This document shows, in pieces, positions 1 through 12,800 of a stretch of DNA of 64,000 nt. Source of the DNA: Azolla caroliniana (lineage: Eukaryota; Plantae; Polypodiophyta); assembly GCA_043228905.1 (NCBI GenBank), contig JBHGNT010000015.1, positions 3,906,001 to 3,970,000 on the forward strand. Reading direction: 5' to 3'. The notes beneath the pieces were generated by a model. It searched no databases and was not told the origin of the DNA. It saw nothing but the letters and a program-made list of their open reading frames with translations. Every line of letters begins with the position of its first letter. Position 1 is the stretch's first letter. The translations under genes were made by a program, and so were the position numbers.

Positions 1-400
1 AATGATGAGAAATATCTTCCATTTGAACAATGCAAAAGAAGCAATTACCTGTTGCTAGTTCATGACTCTTTAGAGCTAATTCTAGAGGCAACCCTCCAAT
101 CAAAACTATCCAAATGAAGACCTTTGCTACAAGTGGCAATTTAGAATGTCAAGTACGTTTTAAATTTTGCCACTACCCATGATCAAATTTGTGTATTTTC
201 CATTCTTTTTCAGTCTCAGATGATATCCATCCAAGAGACTCAACGAAGCAATGATACAAAAGATTAGTAGTCACTTGTAACAACAACATCTGACCATGTA
301 AACACCAATCAATCCATGGTTGTTCTCCTATTTGTAGATGTAAAGGACCTTGCATCAATGCAATATTTTATAGTTGTTGCTAGATAAACTCATAATTAGG
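1..400 (-). mobile_element. Degenerate L1-type LINE ORF2 C-terminal fragment (zf-RVT region), running off the window edge
   Basis: Minus-strand translation across frameshifts gives WIVLIGGLPL..LR and GNCFFC..MEDISH; boundaries approximate. Confidence 0.5.
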
Positions 401-1254
401 TGAGATGTGTAATAATTGTCGTGCTTTGACAAACCTCTCTCTCTCTCTCTCTCTTCACGCGTCGAGATGGTATTTACACTAATCGACGTCATCACAAAAT
501 GCATTTGATTAAAATTTACCTGGAAAACTCTTTATCTTTTCATTGATGATTTATTCATTCTTGCTTGTCGTCCCACGCTTTGCAAGTCAGTTGATTATTA
601 GTCATGTCGAGTATAGTGTGTAAGGATCCCTTATTTGATGATGGTGAATTTAACATTGACTATTTTGTCTAAATATAGACCATTTGAACATATTAAAAAT
701 GTTATTATTTGAGAGTTGGGCCAAGGCCCTAGTCACATGGAGGAAGTAGGAAGTGGTACAGATACACCTTTTGCGTGTGAAACCTTGACCAAAGAATGCG
801 GGAAGGTATCATTGATTCTATCATGGTTTTTGTTTATGAGTGCTTAAAGGGGGTAAATATGTTAGCATCCTTGTCCTACCATGGGATTTGATGTTTACAT
901 TCATGTATTTTTATAGCTTGTCAAAGTGTCAATTTATACATATTTGTCAATATTAATATGAACATGTTTTCATGACATTTTGTACCTTTACTATATGATC
1001 TCTTTACCATTGTTCTTCATTCCTTCCAAATCTCATGTGTTATAAGGCATTTTATGTTGGTTGCGTGATGTAGAATTTAGTTACGCATTCCTTGCTATAA
1101 AAAAATGTTATGAGGCAAGCCCTCAACTTACTTGTGGTTCCCATTGAGTCAATTACCTCATACAAGAAATAAGTGTAACTTTGATGAACCCATTTGTTTT
1201 ATTTGACAAATACCCTTTCTCGTACAATATTTTTGACAAAATAGAGGTGGTGGA

Positions 1255-1909
1255 TAACAATCGGCAACGGTTTGGTTTGAACCGAACTGAACCGCGAAAC
1301 AATGGTTTAACGGCTTAACGGTTTATTATTTTTAATTTTTAATTTTTTTAAAAAAAATCTAAAAAATTTTAAAATTTGTTTTTAAAGAATCTTTTCATTT
1401 TTAGATCTTATTCTCACATTTTAGGAACATCTTAAAAATTTTAAAAATTATAAAAAAGGAAATATTAAAATTTTTAAAAATTTAAAAATTTGACCTATGT
1501 TGAAAACCGAAACTGAACCACAAAACACCATGAAACCGTGGTTTAACAGCTTAACAATTTATTATTTTTAATTTTTAATTTTTTTTAAAAAAATCTAAAA
1601 AATTTTAAAAATAGTTTTTAAAGAATCTTTTCATTTTTAGACCTTATTCTCGCATTTTAGGAACATCTTAAAATCTTTAAAGATTATAAAAAAGGAAATA
1701 TTAAAATTTGTAAAAATTTGAAAATTTGAACTATGTTGAAAACCGAAACTGAACCACAAAACCGTGGTTTTTACGGTTTAATGGTTTACCGGTTTGAAAA
1801 TTGTTTACCGGTTCGGTTTAACAGTTTCACGGTTTGGTTCAGGTTTCAAATATTTTAAACGGTTCGGTTTGGACCCTCTCAAACCGAACTGAACCGTTGC
1901 CGATTGTTA
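1255..1909. mobile_element. Non-autonomous hAT-type MITE, 655 bp
   Basis: Perfect 18-bp TIR TAACAATCGGCAACGGTT; 8-bp TSD GTGGTGGA (1247-1254 and 1910-1917); subterminal AACCG repeats; internal ~235-bp tandem duplication. Confidence 0.9.
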
Positions 1910-4689
1910 GTGGTGGACACCTTACCCTTGTGTGTTCATGACCATCAACTTTTTAAAATTTCAATGACCATCAACTAGCGCGACATTTCAGTGACAGAGA
2001 TTTGGATTGAGGAAGAGATCAAAACTTCTCAACTCAAACTTAAAAACTACAATTCAAGGAGATAACGATGATGCACACGAATGACATGTGGGTAGTATGT
2101 GGAAGTGGTTCAGTCATAAAGCCCGTAGAAAATATAGTGTTGAAATGAAATTCACAAAGTAGCCCTAACGTAAAAACATCAAATCTAAACATACTCGTTC
2201 AATCATCAAATAAACTAGAGCCAACTCCAAATTCAACAAAAAGTGAATAAGGTAGCCCTAGTCAACAAAGCACCACATTCAAAATAAATGACAACATACT
2301 CAAAATAATCATCAAATTAACTGAAATAAATGAAGGATAACCTTTTAGCAAATGAACTATAGTTTATTTCAATGAATATGATAATGTCGACTTTGCTAAG
2401 ATTAACTATGTAAGCTTAAATGAATAAAGAATAAGCTTTGAAACATGAGAAATTTGAGCATGAATGACATGAGTGTCAAAGAATGGTAGATGACAATGAT
2501 GTTTATTAGACAATGCCATGATTTTGATAATCGCTAGCTTGATGCATTGATTTCATTGGGCCATGGATATTTATTCGATGTGATTAAGAGCCAAGTCCTC
2601 GTATGGTTATGTATCCTTTATCTTAAATTTAAGCATAACAGGCTACAACTGGAACACCTTTTCTAAATGTTATCGTCTTTTAATAGTTTTCATAAAAGTG
2701 TTTGTTTCTAGAGCCACCAACTTCTTAATGAGGCCAACAATTTTGCAAGCCTTCAATTTTTGATTGATTATTGTTTTGGTATACAAAGGAAAGTTTAACT
2801 ACCTCGTGTTTTATTTATAAAAATAAACAAGTTAGTCAAAGATTGTTGGATGTATTTGAGGAGTTTATGTGTGTGTGCGCGCGCGTGTGTGTGCATGTAC
2901 AACTAAATCAAATTTCATGCCATTGTAAGAGGTCTCAAGTTGTAGTGTGATGGCTTATTAATGGAAACAAGAATGCATTTTACATCCTTGTACAAAAAGA
3001 ATCGTTTCTACTATCAACCTAGATATATCTTATAAATGTAGACAAGTTGTTCGAGATAGGAGGTAGAAGTAGGGACTTTGTACATGTTTTTGCTCGTCAA
3101 ATGACACCTAAACAAATTTGATAAGAAAAACCAATTGCGCCTACTATAAAGTGACAAACCCAAAACATTAAAGGGCATATATTCTAGACAATTGAAATCT
3201 TCGCATGAATATCCAACAACGTTAAGGAATTTAAGAAATCCTCTATACAATGGCATTCTCTCGGGCTAGGCCCAATTGGACATTTGAAATTTCCGGTGTT
3301 TAAGAACATCAAGCAATCAAAATCTCCCATGTAGTGAAAAGTATTTTATCACTCTCATTTTGTCTTTTTATGCTTTCCTATTTCAATGGCAAGTGTGACC
3401 ATAATACCAACAAGGATACATTCAAAATGTTAATAGATATTGGTGGTTCAATAAACAATGTTCCTAGCCTCACAAGGACATTATATTATTCATTATCGCC
3501 GTCTCTCCATTGATATCTTTTAGACATGCACACATTGTCACAAATATGTGAGCACGCATGCACGAGGACATAACATACATATTGTACATGCAACATGTCG
3601 AAGTGAATAAGAAATGACAAAACACCACCATTTAAGACAGAAAAACTCGTGTTGTACAATAGGATTACCAAACCAATACCCAACCCTATGAAATAAGTGA
3701 ACATGACGTGTAAATCACATTCATGACTCGACAAAGTTGTGAGTTGCTTGGGTTACTTCTCTCTCGACGACCTGCATGAGAGTGTGCAAAGTGCAAACAA
3801 TTAGGTAATACTTCATCTTACATGATAATAGAACGGATCAATTGGTTTGCAATGCCATTATCATCTAAAATTGGGGTCAAATGTATAGTATTTGATAATG
3901 TGTCAATTCAAAATTCAAGAATGTGGCATTGATCAAAATCCAAACCTCAAAAAAGTTTTATGCTCGTTTAAATGGTTATTTACGCGTCAAAGAAACGACA
4001 ACTATGGATTCTCCGAATGAGGATTCAACCTCTGACTTCTTCTTCTCTAATCAAAATAAAAATTCAAAAAGTAACATGAATAATTTAAATCCACCCCCTA
4101 TAGAACAGTAAAGTGGAATAGTATGTTTAGTGCACCCATAAAAGCTACAATAACAAATTCCCTTTGTATGTATAATATAGCATGTACACCACAACATCAC
4201 TGCAAATGATAGTGATTGTACAGACATGATGCTCACTTTAGTGTTCAAGGCATATATTTTTATCCATGCATCAAGCAAAGTATGTGATGATGCTTGCTCA
4301 ATTATATGGGAATGTTTGAGACTTAACAAGAGAAGTGATGCTCAACTTCCAATTCAAGGCAAACTAGTCACTATTGCTGCCATGTTACAAATCCCAAGAA
4401 AAGGTCAAAGTGACCTTTGATAAGTGGGTACTTGTACATACTTGAAACCGACAGGAGTGAGTAAGGTAGAGAATACACATTGATGCGGACAACGTGTCAT
4501 AGCGATCGCCACAAAGGCACACAAATGCTCAAAGTGCAATTCACTTATAAGTAGAAAAACCCATAGAAAAAACAGGTTTTGCCATCGAGAAGTAGATGGC
4601 AAACTGGGGTGGAAGATACCAACACATGTGTGCTTGACCTGTTGTCGAGGTAGTGGCGAATGACGTACAAGAGAGACGTTGGTTTCCTG

Positions 4690-4970
4690 GGGGGACACAT
4701 ACAGATAGAGGCAACTGACGATCTCGTATTGATGTGAATGTGGGGTCCTCCCCTGATGGCAGGATGACATGCCAGGTGTGCGTGCTATGATTTATGTTAC
4801 GCGTGTGTTTGCTTGAGTATTAGGGGGCACATACAAGTAGAGGCAAGGCATATCATGATCTCGTACTAATGTGAATGTGGTCCCTAATGGCAGTAGGAAC
4901 GACACGCGAGATGCGCATGTTATGATTTGTGTTACGTGTTATGTGTGTGGTTATGTGTGTGTTTGCCCGT
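4690..4970. repeat. Degenerate ~135-bp tandem duplication
   Basis: cacatac..tagaggcaa..gatctcgta..atgtgaatgtgg..tatgattt.tgttacg occurs twice. Confidence 0.7.
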
Positions 4971-5063
4971 GAGTGTCACGAGGACTTCCTCAGGTGATCG
5001 GTCTTCTTCGGCCTCGTGGTGCTCCTTTCTTTAGCACTGAACTATTTGTTTCACCTCCTCCAT

Positions 5064-5690
5064 TAATAATGGACTTGGTTTGGTATGGTTTCTTTGCCTT
5101 GAAACCAAACTAAACTAAACTAAACCAAACCATTTATATAAAACAAAAACTAAACCAACCCGTTTATGAACTTTCAAGCCATAAAACCAAACCATTTAAG
5201 AAAATGTAAACCAAAACCGTTTAGGGAAAAGTTGAAACCAAACCGAGCCATTTAATAAAAAGTTTAAACCTAACCACATTTAAGCCAAACTAATTAAAAA
5301 ATAAAATAAAATAAAAAAATACTAAATTAAATAAGTGTTTATGTTTAATTAAATAAATAAATAAATAAACATTAATTAAGGCATTAAAATTAAATAAACA
5401 TTTAAGTTAAAGTGAATTAAATCGATAAAAAACATAATTAAACCATTAAATTACATAAACATTTAAGGGATAAAAAAAGTTAAGCCTAAAAACTTATAAA
5501 CCTTTAAACCAAACCCATTTAAACCTATGAACCAATAAACCCCAGCGTTAGAACCAAATCGAACTAAACCTAAAGTGTTTATTAATAATTATAACCAAAC
5601 CAAACCATTTAATTATTTTGGAGCTTATAAACGTTTAAACCATGGCTTAATGGTTCGGTTCGGTTCGAGCCGAAACCGGGCCCATTGCTA
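5064..5690. mobile_element. Older AAACC-rich hAT-like MITE
   Basis: Degenerate TIRs TAATAATGGACTTGGTTT / TAGCAATGGGCCCGGTTT; many AAACC motifs; no intact TSD. Confidence 0.6.
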
Positions 5691-5747
5691 TTGTTTTCTC
5701 CTATTAAGGGGGGGGGGGGGTCCTAATCAATTGGTTAAAAAAAGAAA

Positions 5748-6070
5748 GGGAAAAGTACGAGGATACCCCTTGGAAGTTCGTCTATTTACCAGAATGCCTG
5801 TGGAAGTTCCAAATTTACCAAACTACCCCCCAATTTCCAAAAAATTACACTTTATAAAGTAATTATACACTAAAATCTTTGGTAAATAGGGCTATAGTTC
5901 GGGTCCATTTCTTCCATCGTTGGTAAATAGGGCTTGTAGATTTGAGTGTATAAATTACTTTATAAAGTGTAATGTTTTGGACATAGGGGTAGTTTGGTAA
6001 ATTTGGAACTTCAAGGAGGGGCATTCTGGTAAATAAATGAACTTCTAGGGGGTATCCTCGTACTTTTCCC
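5748..6070. mobile_element. Foldback MITE (Mutator-like) with long TIRs
   Basis: GGGAAAAGTACGAGGATACCCC...TTTACCAGAATGCC...TTACACTTTATAAAGTAATT is inverted at the other end (>100-bp arms); opposite-strand ORFs share GKVRGYPLEV; TSD not found. Confidence 0.75.
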
Positions 6071-6209
6071 TCCCCCCAAAAAAACCAACCTCCACCAAAA
6101 ATGGTGGTAATACACACCAGAAAAAGCAAACGCAAACGCAAACGCAAACGCAAAAAGATGCTTTTCCCCCTCTGTTCCTCTTTCTACTCCAACTGTTACT
6201 GCTACTGTG

Positions 6210-6600
6210 TTCCTCGCTCTTCTTCTCATCAAAATCCTAGAAACCCTAATCTTATTGTTTCCACTCCATTCTGCTCTTCATGTCTATCTCTTCCTCTTCT
6301 TCTCATCAATCCTAGAAACCCTAATCTTATTGTTGTTTTTTTTCGACTCCATTCTGCTCTTCCTGTCTACTTCTTCGCTCTTCTTCTCATCAATCCAAGA
6401 ACCCTAATATGATTGTTTTTTTTTTTTTTTTTTTTTGACTTCATGCTGCTCTTCCTGTCTACTTCTTCGCTCTTCTACTCATCCATCCAAGAACCCTAAT
6501 ATGATTGTTTTTCTTTTTTTTGACTTCATGCTGCTCTTCCTGTCTACTTCTTCCTCTCCTTCTCATCAATCCTAGAACCCTAACTGTCATTTTTGGTTTT
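6210..6600 (+). repeat. Five ~75-95-bp pyrimidine-rich tandem units with telo-box-like (A)AACCCTAA; probable promoter/5'UTR of DCL
   Basis: cttctcatcaatcc(t)ag(a)aaccctaa repeated near 6225, 6300, 6385, 6478 and 6560. Confidence 0.7.
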
Positions 6601-6795
6601 TATGTCTTTCTCTTTCTATGCTACTCTCTCTCTCTCTCTGTACTTCTTCCCCTGTTTAGCCTTTAGTCTTTGCCTCCCTTTTCTGCAATAACTAAAGTCC
6701 AAACCTCCCATCTCCCATCTCCTTCTCTCTCACACCCACATACACACACACCCACACACTTATACAGTTTTATATTACATTTGCACTGCAGCATC

Positions 6796-6869
6796 ATGGT
6801 GATATTGGAAGAGATATCTATGGAAGAACATGTGCAGCCGCGAAGCCGAGCGGAAAGCATAGCTCGAGG
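6796..6869 (+). CDS. DCL4: DCL exon 1 ([25 protein letters not shown])
   Basis: ATG at 6796; donor GG|gtaatt at 6870; splicing to A at 25764 rebuilds the Dicer N-terminal motif IARG-YQMEY. Confidence 0.8.
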
Positions 6870-9800
6870 GTAATTCCTTTATTCACCTTTAGTTTGCTTG
6901 AAATGTGTCATTCCGAAATGAACATTGCAGGTAAGTTTCCAACTTCTGAAAAAGAACATAAATGATGCGTTAACTTCTTTAGAAATTGTGCTGCTAGAAA
7001 AAGAATCATTAATAAACTAGGCTAATGATTGTCGCTGAAAGCATAGCTCGTGACAGTTCTGCTCTTTTCTTTAGTTTGTTCGCTTAAAACGGATCATTCA
7101 GTAGCTATCATTATGGTTACATTTCCGAGACATGCCCATAAATTGAGTGCCTAATACTGAAGCTAAACACCAAGTGATCTGTATTTTCTTCTGATTTTAT
7201 TGCTACAAATGAGTCATTTGTAAAGTAGATGTTAATGTATCTTAAGGTCTACAAGGCATGCTGATGAGAAGAGTGTGTAACATTGGGGCTCAATCTTTAA
7301 GTGTTGAAAAGAAAAGAAACACTGTATCCCCTTGGTATTAAATCCTCAAGAAATGTAACATGCAATGAAAGTTGTGATTATATGCCTATTGCATAGCTTC
7401 TCTCATCAAATCTAATGTAGATGCAATAAACATGATTGCATAAATGAATACTATGTGCTTTCGCATTTTTGGAAGGCCAAAACTATGTTTTAGAGATGAA
7501 TACCATGCTACAAAGTTAATGAGATAGAATGTAATGTCCAAATTGCTTTCCTAATATAATCCCTCTAAGCTATATTATGAATGGGCGATGAGATAGTGAA
7601 ATCGGATTTAAGGAGATTAATGAACACTAGAGAGCCATAAGTTTGTGCAATTGCTCTCTTACACTTGCCCAAAAACAAACTTGTAGGGTGTAGTGGTAAG
7701 GTGTCAAGTACCACCTACTAGTGATGTTGGGAAAGGGGGTAAGGTCATAGAAAGGATTGGGAGAAAGTGGTTATTAAGGTCTATATAATATCATCCTTGG
7801 AAAATGTTCTATTTCATCCTGATGTCGTAGAGTTCATGATCAGTGCGGTCAAACTGTGGGGGTTATGAACAAGGAGAGTTTGTAACGAAAAGGGCGAGGT
7901 GCTCGAAGGATTGGGAGAAAGTGGCTATTAAGGTCTATATAATATCACTCTGAACCTTTTCAACCTTAGAAAATGCTCTATTGCATCCCGATGTTGTAGA
8001 GTTCGTGATCTGTGTGTCTAACTGCGGGGGTTATGAATGAGGAGAGTTCGAACCGAAAAGGGAGAGAGACGACCAGAAACAAGGGATGAAGATAGTGTAC
8101 GATTCAAGAAGCAAAGAGTTTATATGATAAATATAGGGTTTACTAAATTGAGAATACAAGTATTTATTTATCAAAGTTACAATATTTGATCATAAGGATG
8201 ACCCATTATTTTTGCCAAACTCCGACTCAGACCTTGGATGAGAGACTTTTTGAATGAATTAACTTAATATCTACTAATGAACGTATTGTTCTTCTTGATG
8301 GATCGATCGATGCCTGCATGCCTTTCCTTCCTTCTCCTTATATAGGTTTTCGAATACATGTGATGTATGTGAGAGTGCATGTGATGTGATCATTAGTTGG
8401 CACACATGTGCTACTTGTGGTGCATGACAACCATGTTGCTCATCTAAATCACCATTATTGTATACACATAAGACATAATAAAACTTAAACTTATAGAAGA
8501 GCTTATCCTAATGGTCCATACTTGGTGCTTGATAACTAAGGTTATAGGTTTGAGCCTCACAAATGTCACTTGATATAATATTTGAATTTATTTTTATATT
8601 GTGAAGCAATTGCTTCACAACACAACACCACTTGCTTATAGAGAGTAAAGGTGATGTATATATGGGCTTGGTTTGGTTTACAAAAACAAACCATTTGATC
8701 ACAACTCTAAACCAAACCATTTAAGTCAAATTACTTAGACAATGAAACAAAAAAACATTTAAGTTAAATTAATTAAACCATCAAACAAAAAATTTATTAA
8801 TTAAACCATTTAAAGGTAAAGAGGGATATTTGAGGGAGCAACTATTTATTGATGACGTTTAGCAAACAAGACTGTAGTAGAGATGAGAGTAGAGGTACAG
8901 ATTTTTGGGTGTACCCAACCGCCTTGATTGGTACACAAGAAACAAAGGTTATTATATTAGTTAACCCTACAAAGAAAGAGACGTGTTCACATTACAAAAG
9001 GAGGTGTCCTGTCCAGGTGAACAATGTGTTCACATATACGAATAATTACCTAATTTGTGAACGACGGGCCTTTACACTAACAACCTCCCACTTAAAGGTC
9101 CGATGTGAACATTCAAGTAACTCCCATTAATTGTATGCAATGCTCATGTTGAGCTTTGCCAAGACTTTTGGTGAGAATATCTGTAGGATTATCCTGTGTT
9201 TTGATCTTGGTCAATGTGACTAGACCATCATTCAAAACTTGTCTGATAAAGTGATTGTCGCACATCAATGTGTTTGGTGCACGAACGAAACATGACATTC
9301 TTAGCCAGATACATAGCACTCTGGCTATCACATCCTAATACAGGAGTACTAACAGACATGCCAAGATCTTCACCAAGTCTGCTGAGCCATATAGCTTCTA
9401 TAACTGAAATATATTCAGCTTCGGTAGTACTCAGTGCTACAATCTTTTGCAATTTGGAGCAGCAAGACACTGCTCCACCAACAACCGTAAATATATACCC
9501 GCTAGTAGACTTACGTGTATCCAAGTCACCTGCCATGTCTGCATCACAATATCCTTGCAAACTTAATGCACCCTTCCCATAGCATAAACATTTTCTCTGT
9601 GTACCTTTAAGATACCTGAAAACACACTTGACAGCCTCCCAATGTGCTTTGCCGGGATTAGACATATAGCGACTGACAACTCCCACTACATATGCAATAT
9701 CTGGACGAGTAGCTACCATAACATACATTAGAGAACCACATGCTGATGCATAAGGAATTCCCTTCATAGCATTGATTTCCATCTCATCCTTTGGACAATC

Positions 9801-12800
9801 ATCCTTGCTAAGTTTAAGATATGGCGGTAAAGGAACTCCAACAGACTTTGCTTTTGCCATATTAAATCTGTTAAGCACTTTTCCAATGTACTTTTCTTGT
9901 GACAAATACAACAAATTGTCCGTTCTGTTTTTACTAATTCTCATGCCGAAAATATGCTATGCATTTCCCAAATCTATCATAGAATAATCATCGATAAAGG
10001 AAACAAAATATGCAGCACTGCCCAATGATTTTACAGGCAATCTACATACATCAGAATGCACCAAATCTTGCACATTTGGTTTACGAGAGATGCCAAAATA
10101 ATAAGAATTTCTCACTTGTTTGCCAAATAGACTATCATTACAAAAAATCAGCTTTGATCCTTTAACATCAAATCTTTTTAGAGCGGAAAGGACTTCAAGT
10201 CCTTTTTGGCTCATATGTCCTAATCTCTTATACCAAAGCTCTATACGAGAGTGAAATTCAGCAATAGCAAGAAACCTTCCAGGTAAAGCTTTACATTGCA
10301 AACAATACAGAGTGCCCTTTTTGCAACCTTTCGCAATAACAATAGATCCTTTCTTTAGTTTCCACAATCCACCACCAAATAATGTGGTGTTACCATGCAA
10401 ATCCATCTGTCCTACAGATAGCAAACTTTTCTTAATGCTAGGTACATACCTAACATCTTTGAGCACGAGCTCTTGACCATTATCCAAAGACAAGTGTATG
10501 GTTCCAATACCATCAATATTGCAAGCAATATTGTTACCCAAAAGCCCCAGAGTCTACTATCCATGTCTGTGTCAATCCATCATCAATTGACAATAAAGCA
10601 TCAATAACAGTTGTTTTGGTGATTTGCATGTCTTGAACATGAGCTATAAAGGCATCACCTGTAATACAAAGTACATCACCATCTTCACCAGATAGGTCTT
10701 CGATGATAACATTTGAAGCCATATTAGCTTTCTCTGTTGTATTAAACTTATCATCTTTGTTTTTCTTCTCTCCTACATTCTTCTTCCTTTCTAGTTCCAT
10801 CTTCCAATATTTACAATCAGGTTTCTTATGACCTTTACGACCACACTGATAGCATGTGATATATTGTTGCTTTCCTTTCCCTCTACTCTTATCTCTTACT
10901 TCTATTTCTTTGTCCTACATTTGGGTTCCTCTTATCATATCTCCCCCTAATATTGTATGCTGAACCACTGCCTTCTCCACTATATTGCCTTTTAATCTCT
11001 TCACTGAGAATAGAGCCCCACACACCATCGAAGGTCAAGGTGGGGCTATTAGATAGTGAAACAACTAATGTTTCCCACGAATCGGGTAAAGTCATAAGTA
11101 GGAAGATAGCTTTGAGCTTGTCATCAAAAGCTGGTAATCCTGAATCTTGTAGTTGGGAGAGAGTACATGTGAATAACGATAGATGCTCTGTTGCACCTTT
11201 CGCCTCATCAAGCCTCGTACTGACAAGTTTTCTCATCAAATGCACCTGATTCACAGGAGTAGTATTCTCGTAAGTTGTCTTAAGTTTCTCCCAAACTTGA
11301 TGGGCAGTAATCAAGCCCTTTATATCTACAAGAATTTCATTAGAAACAACCATTTTAATATATGTAATGGCTTTCTTATTCAGAGTGTTCCAAGCATCAT
11401 TTTCCATGCTCTCTGGTTTCTTTTCTACGAGAGCATCTTCACAATCTCTTAGAAAGAGGATGCCCAACATACGCTCTTTCCACAATTCGAAACCGTTTCC
11501 ATCAAATCTCTTGATTTCAAAGAGGTTTTTCATTTCAGTTGAAGTGGAGGCCATTGCTCCCAAGATTTATGACAGATGCCTTCAGAAAATTGAACAAAAT
11601 ACCAATAGGAAAGGGTTTGACAATTTTTAATTTTTAATTTTTATTTTTAAAACTGTGTTTTCTGTTGATTCTGAATCTAGAAAAAAAACAGCAAAGCAGA
11701 GGAAAGAGGTTTGGCTCTGATACCAGTTAAAGGTAAAGAGGGATGTTTGAGGGAGCAACTATTTATTGATGATGTTCAGCAAACAAGAGTGTAGTAGAGA
11801 TAAGAGTAGAGGCATAGATTTTTGGGTGTACCCACCGCCTTGATTGGTACACAAGAAACAAAGGTTATTATATTAGTTAACCCTACAAAGAAAGAGGTGT
11901 GTTCACATTACAAAACGAGGTGTCCTGTCCAGGTGAACAATGTGTTCACATATACAAATAATTACCTAATTTGTGAACTACGGGCCTTTACACTTAACAC
12001 CATTAGGGAAACAAAAAATGTGAACCAAAAATGGATAAACTATTGCAAATAAACTTTGGTTTTAAAACCAAACCTAATTGAAACCAAACCAAACCGATTA
12101 ATTTTATTCGAACCAAGAAACTACTAAATCATGGTCTATAGCTAGTGACATGATGAAAATTTAGATTGAACAGAAATGTTTCACTCTTTTAATTTGCAGG
12201 CCTTTTGAGGATTAAAGATGAGTCTTTAGACTGAAACATGTATTAGATAGTTTTTGGTATGATTATTATATAAACCTCTATAAGAAAAAAGAAAAAAGGA
12301 AAAGAAAAAAGGAAAAGAAAAAAGGAAAAAGGAAAAAGAAAAAAGAAAAAAGAAAAAAGAAAAAAGAAAAAAGAAAAAAGAAAAAAGAAAAAAGAAAAAA
12401 GAAAAAAACGAGAAAAAAGAAGAAGAAAAAAACGAGAAAAGAAAAAAGGAAAAAAACGAGAAAAGGAAAAAGAAAAAATAAAGAAAAAAAAAGGAGAAAA
12501 GAAAAAAGAAAAAAGAAAAAAGAAAAAAGAAAAAAGAAAAAAGAAAAAAGAAAAGGAAGATTTAGTTGACATTAACCCGAAAATCTAGTAAGTTGTAAGG
12601 ATGCAACATCCATTAACGTAAAGATTTGGCACAGGAGGATGCGCAAACCGAAATAAAAGCAAATGATCCTTGGATTGAGATATTTTTTAAGCCATTGGGT
12701 GTCATGAACACATGACCATTATGGCGTCACCCGAACTTGAACCTCAAACCTTGTAATTCATACTTGAAAACCTCAACCATTAAGATAGCTTATTGTTATA

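Noticed and set aside
1920-4600. Additional host gene upstream of DCL
   Set aside because: Only short ORFs without motifs or coherent exon chains; looks like decayed repeats
12243-12572. Phe-rich 109-aa ORF
   Set aside because: Translation of the (TTTTTC)n repeat
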